From Candidatus Cloacimonadota bacterium (lineage in GTDB: Bacteria; Muiribacteriota; UBA6191), in contig JAGSHD010000009.1 of NCBI GenBank assembly GCA_023954715.1, positions 56,272 through 120,271 of the forward strand: DNA of 64,000 bases, in the 5' to 3' direction. Below are positions 11,218-20,967 of this stretch, in pieces; position 1 is the first letter of the stretch; every line of letters begins with the position of its first letter. Below the pieces are notes generated by a model. The model did not search any database. It was not told where the DNA came from and saw nothing but the letters and a program-made list of their open reading frames with translations. Both the position numbers and the translations under genes were made by a program.

Positions 11218-11661
11218 TTGGGATTCACAAAATCTATGTCTATAAACAATGATGAAAAAATTGAAAATCAATCCATTCTATTATTTTCTGTTCGATATTG
11301 TGAAACAGATCAAATGGGAGTGGCAAATCACGCTAGATATTTTGATTGGTACTCTGAAGGAAGGGTTCAATGGTTAAAAGACTTAGGACTTTTATATTCT
11401 GATTGGGAGCGCCAAGGGATCGTTTTACCTGTTGTACATTTAGACGCTAAATATAAGCAATCAGCTTACTTTCAACAAGAGCTTAAACTAATAACAAAAA
11501 TGATTAAACTGACTCAAAAATCAATTCAATTTTCTTATGAACTTTATCACGAAGATTGTCACATAGCTTCGGCTACAACTAGCCATCTATTTTTGATCGA
11601 TAAAAAAGTATGTAGAGTGGATGATCAAATTTACCAAATACTTAAGGGTACCCTACAATGA
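11218..11661 (+). CDS. YbgC/4HBT-family acyl-CoA thioesterase
   Basis: Hotdog-fold signature VRYCETDQMGVANHARYFDWYSE. The start may instead be ATG 11236. Confidence 0.8.
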   Translation: MGFTKSMSINNDEKIENQSILLFSVRYCETDQMGVANHARYFDWYSEGRVQWLKDLGLLYSDWERQGIVLPVVHLDAKYKQSAYFQQELKLITKMIKLTQKSIQFSYELYHEDCHIASATTSHLFLIDKKVCRVDDQIYQILKGTLQ

Positions 11662-13685
11662 AGCTTTTTATTGTAGAGTCTCCTGCTAAAATAAAAACAA
11701 TTAGCAAATTTTTGGGCAAAGAGTTTCGTATTGAGGCTAGTATTGGTCATGTACGAGAAATCCCGAAAAAAGGTTTAGGCATAGATATCCATAATAACTA
11801 TACCCCTGAGTTTCAACTCATTGAAGGCAAACAAGCTAACACTAAAAAAATTCTTAGTCTTATGAAAAGCTGTGAAGAAGTATATTTCGCACAGGATTTA
11901 GACCGAGAAGGAGAGTTGATTGCGTGGCATCTATTTGATGAAGCTAAACTGGATCCGAAAAAAGCAAAACGAGTTGTTTTTAACTCAATTACTAAAGCTG
12001 CAGTATTAAAGGCTATTGATGATCCAAGAGATTTAGATCAGTCCTTGATTGATGCGGGTATGAGTCGTACTATTCTTGACCGTCTCATTGGGTATAAGTT
12101 ATCACCACTAATCTGGAAAATGTTCGAGTCAGATGTTCCACTATCTATTGGTAGAGTACAAACCGTTGCTTTAAAAGTATTGGTTCTAAGGGATAGGGAG
12201 ATTGAAAACTTTACCAAAGAAGAATTCTGGAACATAAAAGCTGATTTTGAAGAGGGTTTTACAGCAGAGATTGTTTTACCTCCTAAAACTAAACTATTAA
12301 AAGAAGAGAAAGATCAATATTTAGAAAAACTAAAAGACCCAAAAGCTTTTGTTAAAAATATCGTTGCTAAAGTAGATAAAAGAAGGCCAAGAGCTCCTTT
12401 TACTACATCAACGTTACAACAAGAAGCAAACTCCAAGCTAAAAATGTCAGTCAAAGAGACCATGAAAGTAGCCCAAGAGCTTTATGAGGGCGTTCGAGTT
12501 CGTGGAGAAAACAAATCATTGATCACATATATGCGTACAGATGCTGTAAACTTAAGTGCAGAAGCTACTACGAAAATCAGAGAGTATATCTTAAATGAAT
12601 TCGGTGAAAGATATTTACCTAAAAAAGAGATTCAATATAAGGGTAAGACTAAAAATGCCCAAGAAGCTCACGAGGCTATAAGACCAACTTATTTTGATTC
12701 ACCTCCGGAGCTTGTTAAGCCTTATTTAAAGCCCGAGCAATATAAGTTATATAAATTGATCTGGAACAAAGCTATTGCATGTCAAATGTCTCCTGCTGAA
12801 TCAGATGCAACGATTGTTGATATCGATATTAATTCTGTTCCTTTTAAAGTAAAGGGATCGATTTTACGTTTTGATGGTTTTTTAAAGGCTTATGATGATC
12901 GTGATATTGAGAACAGCTCAAAAAAGAAGAAAAATCCGGATGTAAATCTGCCGCCATTAGAAGAAAACCAAAGCTTAATCGTTAAAAAGTTTAATCCGGA
13001 AAAAAAGTTTACTAAACCACCCCCTAGATTTACTGAATCTTCCTTGGTAAAGTATCTTGAAAAGTTTGGAATTGGACGCCCATCAACCTATGGAAGCCTT
13101 ATCGAGACGTTAATTAAGCGAAACTACGCAGTTTTAAATAAAATGAAGTTTGAAACTACAGAAGTCGGTCGTAAAGTATATGATTGGGTAGAGGCAAACT
13201 TTACGTCAGTGGTAGATATTGAGTTTACTGCAAAAGTAGAGGATTCTTTAGATGATGTAGCGAAAGGTACAAGCGCCTGGAAAGACACAGTAGATAACTT
13301 CTATTATCCCTTAAGAGAACGAATTTTAGCTCTTCAAGGTTTTGTAGAAGAGGATTTAAAAGCTGAGGATAAAGTATGTCCTGATTGTGGTTCTGAGATT
13401 ATCGTTCGGTCTGGTAAGTTTGGACAGTTTTTAGGATGTAGTAAATATCCTGATTGTAAATATATAAAAAAGAAAAAAGGGGCTGTATCAAGAGCAGTCA
13501 CTACTGGTATATTTTGTGAGTCGTGCAATGGTGAGTTTCTATTGCGAAAATCGGTTCATGGAAAGTACTTTGGATGCAGTAATTATCCAAAGTGTAAAAC
13601 AACAAGAAATCAATTAACTCATGATGAGCTAGCTACTTTTAAAGAGCATTTAGCAAAATTAAAAAATGGAAGTAAAAATGTTTAA
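11658..13685 (+). CDS. topA: DNA topoisomerase I (type IA) with two C-terminal C4 zinc ribbons
   Basis: Toprim N-terminus (LFIVESPAKIKTISKFLG, DLDREGE), the catalytic region ITYMRTD, and CPDCGS...C and CESCNG...C zinc ribbons. Confidence 0.95.
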   Translation: MKLFIVESPAKIKTISKFLGKEFRIEASIGHVREIPKKGLGIDIHNNYTPEFQLIEGKQANTKKILSLMKSCEEVYFAQDLDREGELIAWHLFDEAKLDPKKAKRVVFNSITKAAVLKAIDDPRDLDQSLIDAGMSRTILDRLIGYKLSPLIWKMFESDVPLSIGRVQTVALKVLVLRDREIENFTKEEFWNIKADFEEGFTAEIVLPPKTKLLKEEKDQYLEKLKDPKAFVKNIVAKVDKRRPRAPFTTSTLQQEANSKLKMSVKETMKVAQELYEGVRVRGENKSLITYMRTDAVNLSAEATTKIREYILNEFGERYLPKKEIQYKGKTKNAQEAHEAIRPTYFDSPPELVKPYLKPEQYKLYKLIWNKAIACQMSPAESDATIVDIDINSVPFKVKGSILRFDGFLKAYDDRDIENSSKKKKNPDVNLPPLEENQSLIVKKFNPEKKFTKPPPRFTESSLVKYLEKFGIGRPSTYGSLIETLIKRNYAVLNKMKFETTEVGRKVYDWVEANFTSVVDIEFTAKVEDSLDDVAKGTSAWKDTVDNFYYPLRERILALQGFVEEDLKAEDKVCPDCGSEIIVRSGKFGQFLGCSKYPDCKYIKKKKGAVSRAVTTGIFCESCNGEFLLRKSVHGKYFGCSNYPKCKTTRNQLTHDELATFKEHLAKLKNGSKNV

Positions 13686-15270
13686 TAAGGCAAAAAAATC
13701 AGTAATATTTGGATTGGCATTTTGTAGCTTTGCAGTTTCAAATTGCATAGTTGCGCAGGAGTCTACATCAAAAAATTTACGTAATAAAGTCCATGAGATC
13801 AAAGAGAGTTTAAGTGGTCTATCAGATCAACACCTAGAAATAACAGAAAACGAAATGGCTTTTAGTCCATTTACTTTGACCCTTGAAGATGCCATTGAAC
13901 ATGCTGTTCGTGAAAACTTAAGTTTCCAAAATAATTTTGATGCACTTGAAATTAGTTCTCGATCTTATAACTCTGCAAAAGCTGGTTTATATGACCCATC
14001 TATGCAATTTGGATATACAAAAAGAAATAATTCATCACCTCCAACAATATCGGTTCCATTTGATACTTCTTCAAAATCGGACTCTTACTCTGTAGAGTAT
14101 GGACAACAATTAAAAAATGGAATATCTAGTTCTTTGACTTATAGTACCGCATTTAGTAAAGCGGTACGGTCAGGTATTGTGACTGAAGAAAACAAAAGTG
14201 GACTTGTTGTGAGTTTATCTAAACCGGTTAACGGACATAGTGACTCTTTTTTACAAAGAAGAAACTCTTTAGCAAAACTCTCCATTGATCAAAAGAAGTC
14301 ATATTACTCTTATTTACATCAGTATCAAAAGCTTGTTTTTAAAGTTATAAAAGCATATTTAGATGTTGTAAAAGATAAAAGAGGAATCGAAGTAGTAGAG
14401 TCTGTTTTAAAGTACCAACAAGAGCTACTATCATTGACTCAGATTAAATATAAACTTGGAGTGGCTACAAAATTAGATGTACTAAGAGTAGAGGTTCAAG
14501 TTGCACAACAAGAAGAGAGTATTATTTCCTCTGAAAATAATTATAAAAACTCTCTTGAGAGTTTACTTAATATTTTAAATTATCAAAGTTCATCTCAAGA
14601 TGTTTCTATTGATTACAACTCTGATTACCAACAAAAAGAGTATGATGTAGAGGCTTTATTAAAAACAGCTATGGATCTGCGTTATGACTTAAAAATAGAA
14701 AAATTAACTAAAGAGCAAAAAGCATTAGACCTTCGGTTGAGAGAGCGATTATTAAAAAACAAAATCAATTTAAGTACGAGTTTACAAAAACACGGAAACG
14801 GTGTTGATTATAGTGCAGCCAACAAATTAGATAATAAAACTTGGAGTATCGGTTTGTCTTATGATATGGCTCTTGGTAATCGTGAAAAAAGAGAAGCATT
14901 GATGATTCAGAGAGTTCATTCTCGTACCCAAGAGCGAGTTTTACAAGACTTGAAAAATGGAATCCGCTTAGATGTCAAAAATACAGTGAGATCTATTCAG
15001 GCAAATCAAAAGCGGATTGAAGTTTTGAAAAAAAACTTACAAAGAGCCAATGAAAACCTAAGATTGGCAAAACTTTCTTATGAAAAAGGGATAAAGTCTT
15101 CCATTGAAGTTTTAGATGCTCAGGATGATTTACTCTCTGTAAATAATAACTATGTAAACTCCCTGTTAGCCTTAAAGACTTTGGAGTTTGATTTAGAGTT
15201 AAAAGTCGGAAGTCTACATATTCCGGCATCTGTAAAACTAAATACTCAAAAATGGGTACAGGCTAAATAG
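13666..15270 (+). CDS. TolC-family outer membrane efflux protein
   Basis: Signal peptide followed by two OEP-type repeats with the typical coiled-coil heptads (LTLEDAIEHAVRENLSFQ...). Confidence 0.85.
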   Translation: MEVKMFNKAKKSVIFGLAFCSFAVSNCIVAQESTSKNLRNKVHEIKESLSGLSDQHLEITENEMAFSPFTLTLEDAIEHAVRENLSFQNNFDALEISSRSYNSAKAGLYDPSMQFGYTKRNNSSPPTISVPFDTSSKSDSYSVEYGQQLKNGISSSLTYSTAFSKAVRSGIVTEENKSGLVVSLSKPVNGHSDSFLQRRNSLAKLSIDQKKSYYSYLHQYQKLVFKVIKAYLDVVKDKRGIEVVESVLKYQQELLSLTQIKYKLGVATKLDVLRVEVQVAQQEESIISSENNYKNSLESLLNILNYQSSSQDVSIDYNSDYQQKEYDVEALLKTAMDLRYDLKIEKLTKEQKALDLRLRERLLKNKINLSTSLQKHGNGVDYSAANKLDNKTWSIGLSYDMALGNREKREALMIQRVHSRTQERVLQDLKNGIRLDVKNTVRSIQANQKRIEVLKKNLQRANENLRLAKLSYEKGIKSSIEVLDAQDDLLSVNNNYVNSLLALKTLEFDLELKVGSLHIPASVKLNTQKWVQAK

Positions 15271-15332
15271 TCTTGTAAATAGTAAGATTAGTAAAAATAA
15301 ATTAAAAACATATATAGAAAGTAAGGGTTGCT

Positions 15333-16652
15333 ATGAGAGCAGTAGATATAATTGATAAGAAAAAGCACGGTGAAGAACTGTCTAAAGCTGAGATAGAATT
15401 TTTAATTACCGGTTATGTCAAAGGAGAGATTCCAGATTATCAAATGTCAGCATTTTTAATGGCTTGTTGCTTTCAAAAATTAAGTGCCCAAGAAACAACT
15501 CATCTCACAGATGTAATGCGCGTTTCTGGTGACGTAATGGATTTTTCTGATAAGATCTCTGGTTACACGGTTGATAAACACTCCACAGGTGGAGTTGGTG
15601 ATAAAACGACTTTAGTATTAGGCCCATTAGTAGCAGCAAATGGTGTTGTTGTAGCCAAGATGAGTGGGCGAGGTCTTGGACATACAGGTGGGACACTAGA
15701 TAAACTAGAAAGCATCGATGGACTTAAAATCGAATTAGAAGAGCAAGACTTTATTGATATTGCTAATAAAGTTGGTGTAGCAGTTTGTGGTCAAACAGGA
15801 AATGTAGTACCAGCAGATAAAAAGCTTTACGCTCTTAGAGATGTTACAGCTACAGTTGAAGATGTGGCATTGATTGCAGCCTCAATTATGAGTAAAAAAT
15901 TGGCTTTATCGAACCAAGGTCTAGTTTTAGATGTAAAAACTGGTAAGGGTGCTTTTATGAAGGATCTTGATGCATCTATTGAGTTAGCCCAAAGAATGGT
16001 TGAAATAGGCACATTAATGGATAGAGATGTTATTGGTTTGGTAACTGATATGGATATTCCATTAGGTAAAACAATTGGTAATGCCCTAGAAGTGCAAGAA
16101 GCTTTGGAGACTCTACAAGGAAACGGGCCTAAAGATTTAGTAGATTTATGTACAGAGCTAGGTGGAAGACTTTTAGTTTTAGCGAATAAAGCGGATAGTC
16201 TTGAAGAGGGTAAATCAAAGATTCTCAAATCAATTGATGATGGTAGTGGATTGAAAAAACTAGAAGAAATGGTGGAAGCTCAAGGTGGAAGCTTAGAGTC
16301 TTTACATAATTTAAAGATTTCAAAAAATGTATTTGAGCTAAAGTCTTCTAAAAGTGGCTGGGTTCAATCTATGGATGCTCTATCTATGGGCATCGCAGCT
16401 ATGAAACTAGGAGCAGGAAGAGAAACGAAAGAGGCAGATGTAGATCTCGAAGTAGGTTTAAAACTGTTCAAAAAAGTAGGAGATAAAGTCTCTGAAGGCG
16501 AAGCATTGCTAAACATCTATTACTCAGACACATCAAAACTAGAAGAAGTAAAAAAGCAATTGTTAGAGTCTTATACCCTAAGTGATATTGAAGTAGAGCA
16601 ACCAAAGATTATTTTAGCAGAAGTGTTAAAAGACAAAATAGTAAAATATTAG
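15333..16652 (+). CDS. deoA: Thymidine / pyrimidine-nucleoside phosphorylase
   Basis: The N-terminus resembles the glycosyl transferase family 3 helical bundle. Also has DKHSTGGVGDKTTLVL and a C-terminal PYNP domain. Confidence 0.92.
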   Translation: MRAVDIIDKKKHGEELSKAEIEFLITGYVKGEIPDYQMSAFLMACCFQKLSAQETTHLTDVMRVSGDVMDFSDKISGYTVDKHSTGGVGDKTTLVLGPLVAANGVVVAKMSGRGLGHTGGTLDKLESIDGLKIELEEQDFIDIANKVGVAVCGQTGNVVPADKKLYALRDVTATVEDVALIAASIMSKKLALSNQGLVLDVKTGKGAFMKDLDASIELAQRMVEIGTLMDRDVIGLVTDMDIPLGKTIGNALEVQEALETLQGNGPKDLVDLCTELGGRLLVLANKADSLEEGKSKILKSIDDGSGLKKLEEMVEAQGGSLESLHNLKISKNVFELKSSKSGWVQSMDALSMGIAAMKLGAGRETKEADVDLEVGLKLFKKVGDKVSEGEALLNIYYSDTSKLEEVKKQLLESYTLSDIEVEQPKIILAEVLKDKIVKY

Positions 16653-16682
16653 TTACACACAAAATATTTAGGCAAAATTTTA

Positions 16683-18224
16683 ATGAAAAAACAATTGATT
16701 ATTGATGGAAACTCCCTTGATATTGATATGACTTATGCTGTTATGTCAGGAGAAATACAAGAAGTAATAATATCTAAAGCTGCTATTGAGAAAGTCCAAA
16801 AATCTCGTGCCCGAGTTGAGAAAGTTCTAGATTCTGGTAAAGCCATTTATGGTATAAATACAGGTTTTGGGAGTTTAGCAAATACTCGAATAGAAAATAA
16901 AGATTTAGAGCAACTTCAGGCAAATTTGATTCGCTCTCACTGTGTGGGAGTTGGAGATCTCTTTGATGATGATATTGTTCGTGGGATTTTACTTTTAAGA
17001 GCAAATGCTTTATGCAAAGGATTCTCTGGTATACGACTCGAAATGATAGAGCAGATTTTATTTTTTCTAAATAATGAAATCTATCCATTAATTCCAAAAA
17101 CAGGATCTTTAGGTGCTTGTGGTGATCTTGCTCCGTTAGCCCACATGTCAGTGTGTCTAATGGGAGAACAAAAAGTTCGATTTAAAGGCGAAATTAGAGA
17201 TACTAAAGAAGTCTTAGATTCTTTTCAAAGAAAAGCTTCTGTATTACAGGCTAAAGAAGGGCTAGCTTTAATTAATGGTACGCCAGTAATGACTGCTATC
17301 GCTGTAAAATGTTTATACAAAGCTAATCAATCATTAAAAATTGCGGAGTTAGCTGCAGCCGTGTCTTTGGATGCCTTAAAAGGCACAGTTAAGCCTTTTC
17401 ATGAAGGTTTACATCAGGTACGGGCGCACAAAGGGCAAGTTTTTAGCGCCTCAAACTTAAATAAAATTTTAAAAGGTTCTGAAATCTTAGACAATCATGT
17501 TGATTGTGAAAAAGTGCAAGATGCTTACTCTTTACGTTGTGCTCCACAGGTACATGGTGCATGTTGGGATACCTATTTTCGAGTAAAAGAAACAATTGAG
17601 ATAGAGCTAAACTCAGTAACTGATAATCCCATTGTTTTGGAGGATGAAATCATTTCAGGTGGAAACTTTCATGGTGAGCCCGTTTCTATGGTTATGGGAT
17701 TTTTATTAGTAGCTATGTGTGAATTGGGCTCTATATCAGAAAGAAGGCAAAATCGTTTAGTTAATCACGACTTGTCAAATCTTCCGCCGTTTTTAGTAGA
17801 AAACTCAGGGCTTAACTCAGGATTGATGATTGCCCACTATACAAGTGCTGCTTGTGTATCTGAAAACAAGACGATTAGCTTTCCTGCAGTGGTGGACTCT
17901 ATACCAACAAGTGCAGATCAAGAGGATCACGTATCCATGGGTGTTACAGCAGCTAAAAACTGTCTTGATGTCATTGATCGATTAGAGTCCATACTAGCTA
18001 TAGAGCTCTTGATTTCTTTACAGGGATTAGAGTTTAATTTAACAGAGCAAAGGTCTTCAACTGCGATTATGAAGGTCTTCGATAGGGTACGTTTAGATGT
18101 GCCGTTTATCGAAAATGACCGATATTTGAGAGACGATATCGATGCTATTGCTCAATTAATCAGAAATAATGAATTAATAAATATTGTAGAATTTGAAATA
18201 GGGGAGATTATTCCAGAAGTTTGA
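16683..18224 (+). CDS. hutH: Histidine ammonia-lyase (unusual Ala-Cys-Gly MIO triad)
   Basis: HAL signatures NTGFGSLA, RSHCVGVG, LALINGT, QDAYSLRCAPQVHG, GGNFHGEP, SADQEDHVSMG. The MIO region reads GSLGACGDLAPLAH. Confidence 0.92.
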   Translation: MKKQLIIDGNSLDIDMTYAVMSGEIQEVIISKAAIEKVQKSRARVEKVLDSGKAIYGINTGFGSLANTRIENKDLEQLQANLIRSHCVGVGDLFDDDIVRGILLLRANALCKGFSGIRLEMIEQILFFLNNEIYPLIPKTGSLGACGDLAPLAHMSVCLMGEQKVRFKGEIRDTKEVLDSFQRKASVLQAKEGLALINGTPVMTAIAVKCLYKANQSLKIAELAAAVSLDALKGTVKPFHEGLHQVRAHKGQVFSASNLNKILKGSEILDNHVDCEKVQDAYSLRCAPQVHGACWDTYFRVKETIEIELNSVTDNPIVLEDEIISGGNFHGEPVSMVMGFLLVAMCELGSISERRQNRLVNHDLSNLPPFLVENSGLNSGLMIAHYTSAACVSENKTISFPAVVDSIPTSADQEDHVSMGVTAAKNCLDVIDRLESILAIELLISLQGLEFNLTEQRSSTAIMKVFDRVRLDVPFIENDRYLRDDIDAIAQLIRNNELINIVEFEIGEIIPEV

Positions 18225-18575
18225 ACACTCGCAAGTCCTTTTAGGACTTGAGGAAAGTCCGGGCTCCATAGGGCAAAATGCTTGGTAACACCAAGGCGGA
18301 GAGATCCGATGGAAAGTGCAACAGAAAGTAAACCGCCTAGATTTTTAATTTAGGTAAGGGTGAAACAGTGAGGTAAGAGCTCACTTATCTTGTGGGTAAC
18401 CATAAGGTACGGTAAACCCCGTTTGGAGCAAGATCATGCAGAGAAGTTGAGGCGGCCCGCTGATTCTCGGGTAGATTGCTTGAGATTTATAGTGATGTAA
18501 ATCCTAGATAGATGAGTGTAGATGAGTGCGTAAAGCACTTTGAACAGAACCCGGCTTATAGAGCATCTGGGAGCT
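18211..18575 (+). ncRNA. rnpB: RNase P RNA, bacterial type A
   Basis: Universal P4 strands GAGGAAAGTCCGGGCTCCATAGGGCA and ACAGAACCCGGCTTAT, plus GGTAAGGGTGAAA and a P3 hairpin CAAGTCC-TTTT-AGGACTTG. A P1-like pairing TTCCAGA / TCTGGGA sets the ends to within about 10 nt. Confidence 0.9.
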
Positions 18576-18660
18576 TCTCTTCTATTTCAAATTATACAAT
18601 ATTATTACTATCGATGTAGATAGATTTTTTACTTGGGTAATCCCCATCTTAGGAGTTGAA

Positions 18661-19956
18661 ATGAAAAAGACCTTTGTTCTTGATACTAATGTGTTACTTC
18701 ACAATGCAGATTCAATTTTTAGTTTTGAAGACAACGATGTGGTTATACCGATTCAAGTGATTGAGGAGTTAGACAGATTCAAGAAAGAGTCAAATGATCT
18801 TGGACGTAATGCTCGCCAAGTTGCTAGGCATTTAGACTCCCTTCGTGAAAAAAGTTGCTTGACTAAAGGAGTAGAAACGCAGACGGGCGGTAAAGTTAGA
18901 GTTGTAGTAGATTTTACGAACAACCTACCAGAGCATTTCGATATGAAGGTAGTTGATAATCAGATTTTAGCCGTAGCCAAGTTTTTAGTAAGCTCTGAGT
19001 CAAAAAATGTAATTTTTGTAAGTAAAGATTTAAACGCACGTATCAAAGCGGATGCGTTAGGGCTAAAAGTAGAGGATTACGAGACAAATAAAGTTAACTA
19101 CGATGAAATGTATCAAGGATATAAGTCTCTAAAAGTTAATATAGATCAAATTCAAGCACTAGATGAAAATCAAGTGATAAACTTGGATGAAGAGTTCCAT
19201 GAAAACGAGTTTTGTATACTAACAAGTGGTAATGAAAAGCGCTACGCTCGTTTTAATAAAAGCGAAGGAGTTTTAAAGGCTTTAAAGTATCATGACCGTT
19301 ACCCATGGGGTATTGGAGCATTAAACGATCAGCAACATTTAGCTTTAGACGCTTTGTTAGATGATCAAATTCAATTGGTCTGTTTAGTTGGAAAAGCAGG
19401 GACAGGTAAAACACTATTAGCTTTGGCAGCAGGTCTTCAAAAAAGTGTAGATGATCTTGCTTACAAAAGAATTTCAGTGTCTCGTCCCATCATGCCAATG
19501 GGAAAAGATATTGGCTATCTACCAGGTAGTAAAGATGAAAAACTACACAATTGGATGATGCCAATTTTTGATAATTTGAATTTTATTTTTGATAATTATA
19601 TTACAGAAGGTTTACCATCTGACCATTTAGACTTATTATTAAAGAATGAGAAAATAAGATTAGAAGCAATAACTTATATTCGTGGTAGGTCAATTACGAA
19701 CCAATGGGTTATCATTGATGAGTCCCAAAACTTAACTCCTCACGAAATAAAAACAATTATTTCTAGAGCAGGTGAGGGTACAAAAATCATACTGACTGGT
19801 GACCCGAATCAAATCGATAACCCTTATTTAGATCCATCAAGTAATGGACTGACTTTTCTTATGGAAAGATTTAAAGGGCAATCCTTGTTTTGCGGTGTAA
19901 TATTGGCAAGTTCTGAGAGATCCACTCTGGCCTCTTTAGCAGCAGATATTTTATAA
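18661..19956 (+). CDS. PIN-PhoH (PhoH2/YlaK-type) ATPase
   Basis: N-terminal PIN (FVLDTNVLLH...D) and C-terminal PhoH with Walker A GKAGTGKT and Walker B VIIDESQN. Confidence 0.9.
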   Translation: MKKTFVLDTNVLLHNADSIFSFEDNDVVIPIQVIEELDRFKKESNDLGRNARQVARHLDSLREKSCLTKGVETQTGGKVRVVVDFTNNLPEHFDMKVVDNQILAVAKFLVSSESKNVIFVSKDLNARIKADALGLKVEDYETNKVNYDEMYQGYKSLKVNIDQIQALDENQVINLDEEFHENEFCILTSGNEKRYARFNKSEGVLKALKYHDRYPWGIGALNDQQHLALDALLDDQIQLVCLVGKAGTGKTLLALAAGLQKSVDDLAYKRISVSRPIMPMGKDIGYLPGSKDEKLHNWMMPIFDNLNFIFDNYITEGLPSDHLDLLLKNEKIRLEAITYIRGRSITNQWVIIDESQNLTPHEIKTIISRAGEGTKIILTGDPNQIDNPYLDPSSNGLTFLMERFKGQSLFCGVILASSERSTLASLAADIL

Positions 19957-19974
19957 AATAGGATAACTTAAAAA

Positions 19975-20010
19975 TAGTGGCTTTTCAAAAAGATCAAATG
20001 AGAGCCACTA
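19975..20010 (+). terminator. Hairpin downstream of the PhoH2 gene (possible terminator)
   Basis: Perfect 8-bp stem TAGTGGCT / AGCCACTA with a 20-nt loop, followed by only a weak T tract. Confidence 0.35.
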
Positions 20011-20040
20011 AATTTAAAAATTAAGCTCTAAGGGAGATTA

Positions 20041-20967
20041 ATGACTATGGTTTTAAAAAAACAAAAAGGGTTCACGCTAATTGAAATCTTAGTTGCTATG
20101 TCAATTTTGATTGTTTTTTTGCTACCAGTTGTCAGTCTCTTTATGCTAGGAGCCCGTGGAAATGAGTTTAATACCTCATGGCAGGATGGGACTAAACTAG
20201 CTCATAGTGTCATGAACCGACTTCTCTCAGAGGATGTACCGTTTACTGCGATAGACCCAGAAGGGTTTGGTACTGGTACTTCTGCTATGGGTGGCTCTCG
20301 CGCACAAATGGATTTTAGAGATAGCTTTGGTCCCAATCTAGATTTTAGTGATTTTAACCTAAAAGAAATCTTAGGGGCTAAAAACGGAGCCTATAAGCTT
20401 TTAGATGGTGATAGGATCATTGTAAAAGGAAGAAGAAAATACAAGGTCATGGTTTGGGCTGGAATATATAAAAGAAGAGGGGGAGGTACGGCTTTAACTA
20501 GAGGATCTGATCCATATCAATCGGATGCTACTAAGGGCGAAGAACTAACCTTTTCATATTTTGTTAACCCATGGTTTGATATATCAAATGATTGTGTCAT
20601 TAGCTATAGCGCTCCTTGTGATGAAGATACCAAAAACCGTCCCATTGATCCATATACACAACTCGCTGGAGACGATCCTGGTGCTCCGGCTCACATAAGA
20701 AATGACATTTCAAAAATGAATGGATCTAACTTTAGTGATCGTTATCGCCCAGGATGGGGTACAGATATCCGCATAGAAAATAAAGATTTTCATAACTTTG
20801 AAGATTTAGATGAAGATGGTACAGATGACGGTGCATATATGAAACTCGTTGTAGGGGTTCAATGGCAACCAAAGGGTTGGGGAAAAGGTGGCTCTGGCGG
20901 CTCTACAAAACCACAAGAGTTTTATTTAGTATCTTTTAAGGCGAATTTGCAGGGGGCTAAACGATGA
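20041..20967 (+). CDS. Prepilin-type N-terminal cleavage/methylation domain protein (large minor-pilin/pseudopilin-like)
   Basis: KGFTLIEILVAMSIL class III signal motif. Good RBS (AAGGGAG). 4-nt ATGA overlap with the next gene. Confidence 0.8.
   Translation: MTMVLKKQKGFTLIEILVAMSILIVFLLPVVSLFMLGARGNEFNTSWQDGTKLAHSVMNRLLSEDVPFTAIDPEGFGTGTSAMGGSRAQMDFRDSFGPNLDFSDFNLKEILGAKNGAYKLLDGDRIIVKGRRKYKVMVWAGIYKRRGGGTALTRGSDPYQSDATKGEELTFSYFVNPWFDISNDCVISYSAPCDEDTKNRPIDPYTQLAGDDPGAPAHIRNDISKMNGSNFSDRYRPGWGTDIRIENKDFHNFEDLDEDGTDDGAYMKLVVGVQWQPKGWGKGGSGGSTKPQEFYLVSFKANLQGAKR

Noticed and set aside
15827-16228. 133-aa antisense ORF inside the nucleoside phosphorylase gene. Similar antisense or alternative-frame ORFs occur at 5402-5710, 16783-17097, 29057-29374, 34344-34541, 38523-38832, 46615-46869, 56997-57263 and 57984-58298.
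   Set aside because: Each lies wholly within a CDS that has strong family motifs on the other strand or in another frame. Their compositions are skewed (Ser/Leu/Pro-rich mirror translations) and they have no RBS. They are shadow ORFs.
18661-19956. PIN-PhoH protein as a candidate toxin or defence module.
   Set aside because: The PhoH2 architecture is widespread and conserved as a single housekeeping-type gene. No antitoxin-sized partner or other defence genes flank it, as it sits between rnpB and the pilin-like operon.
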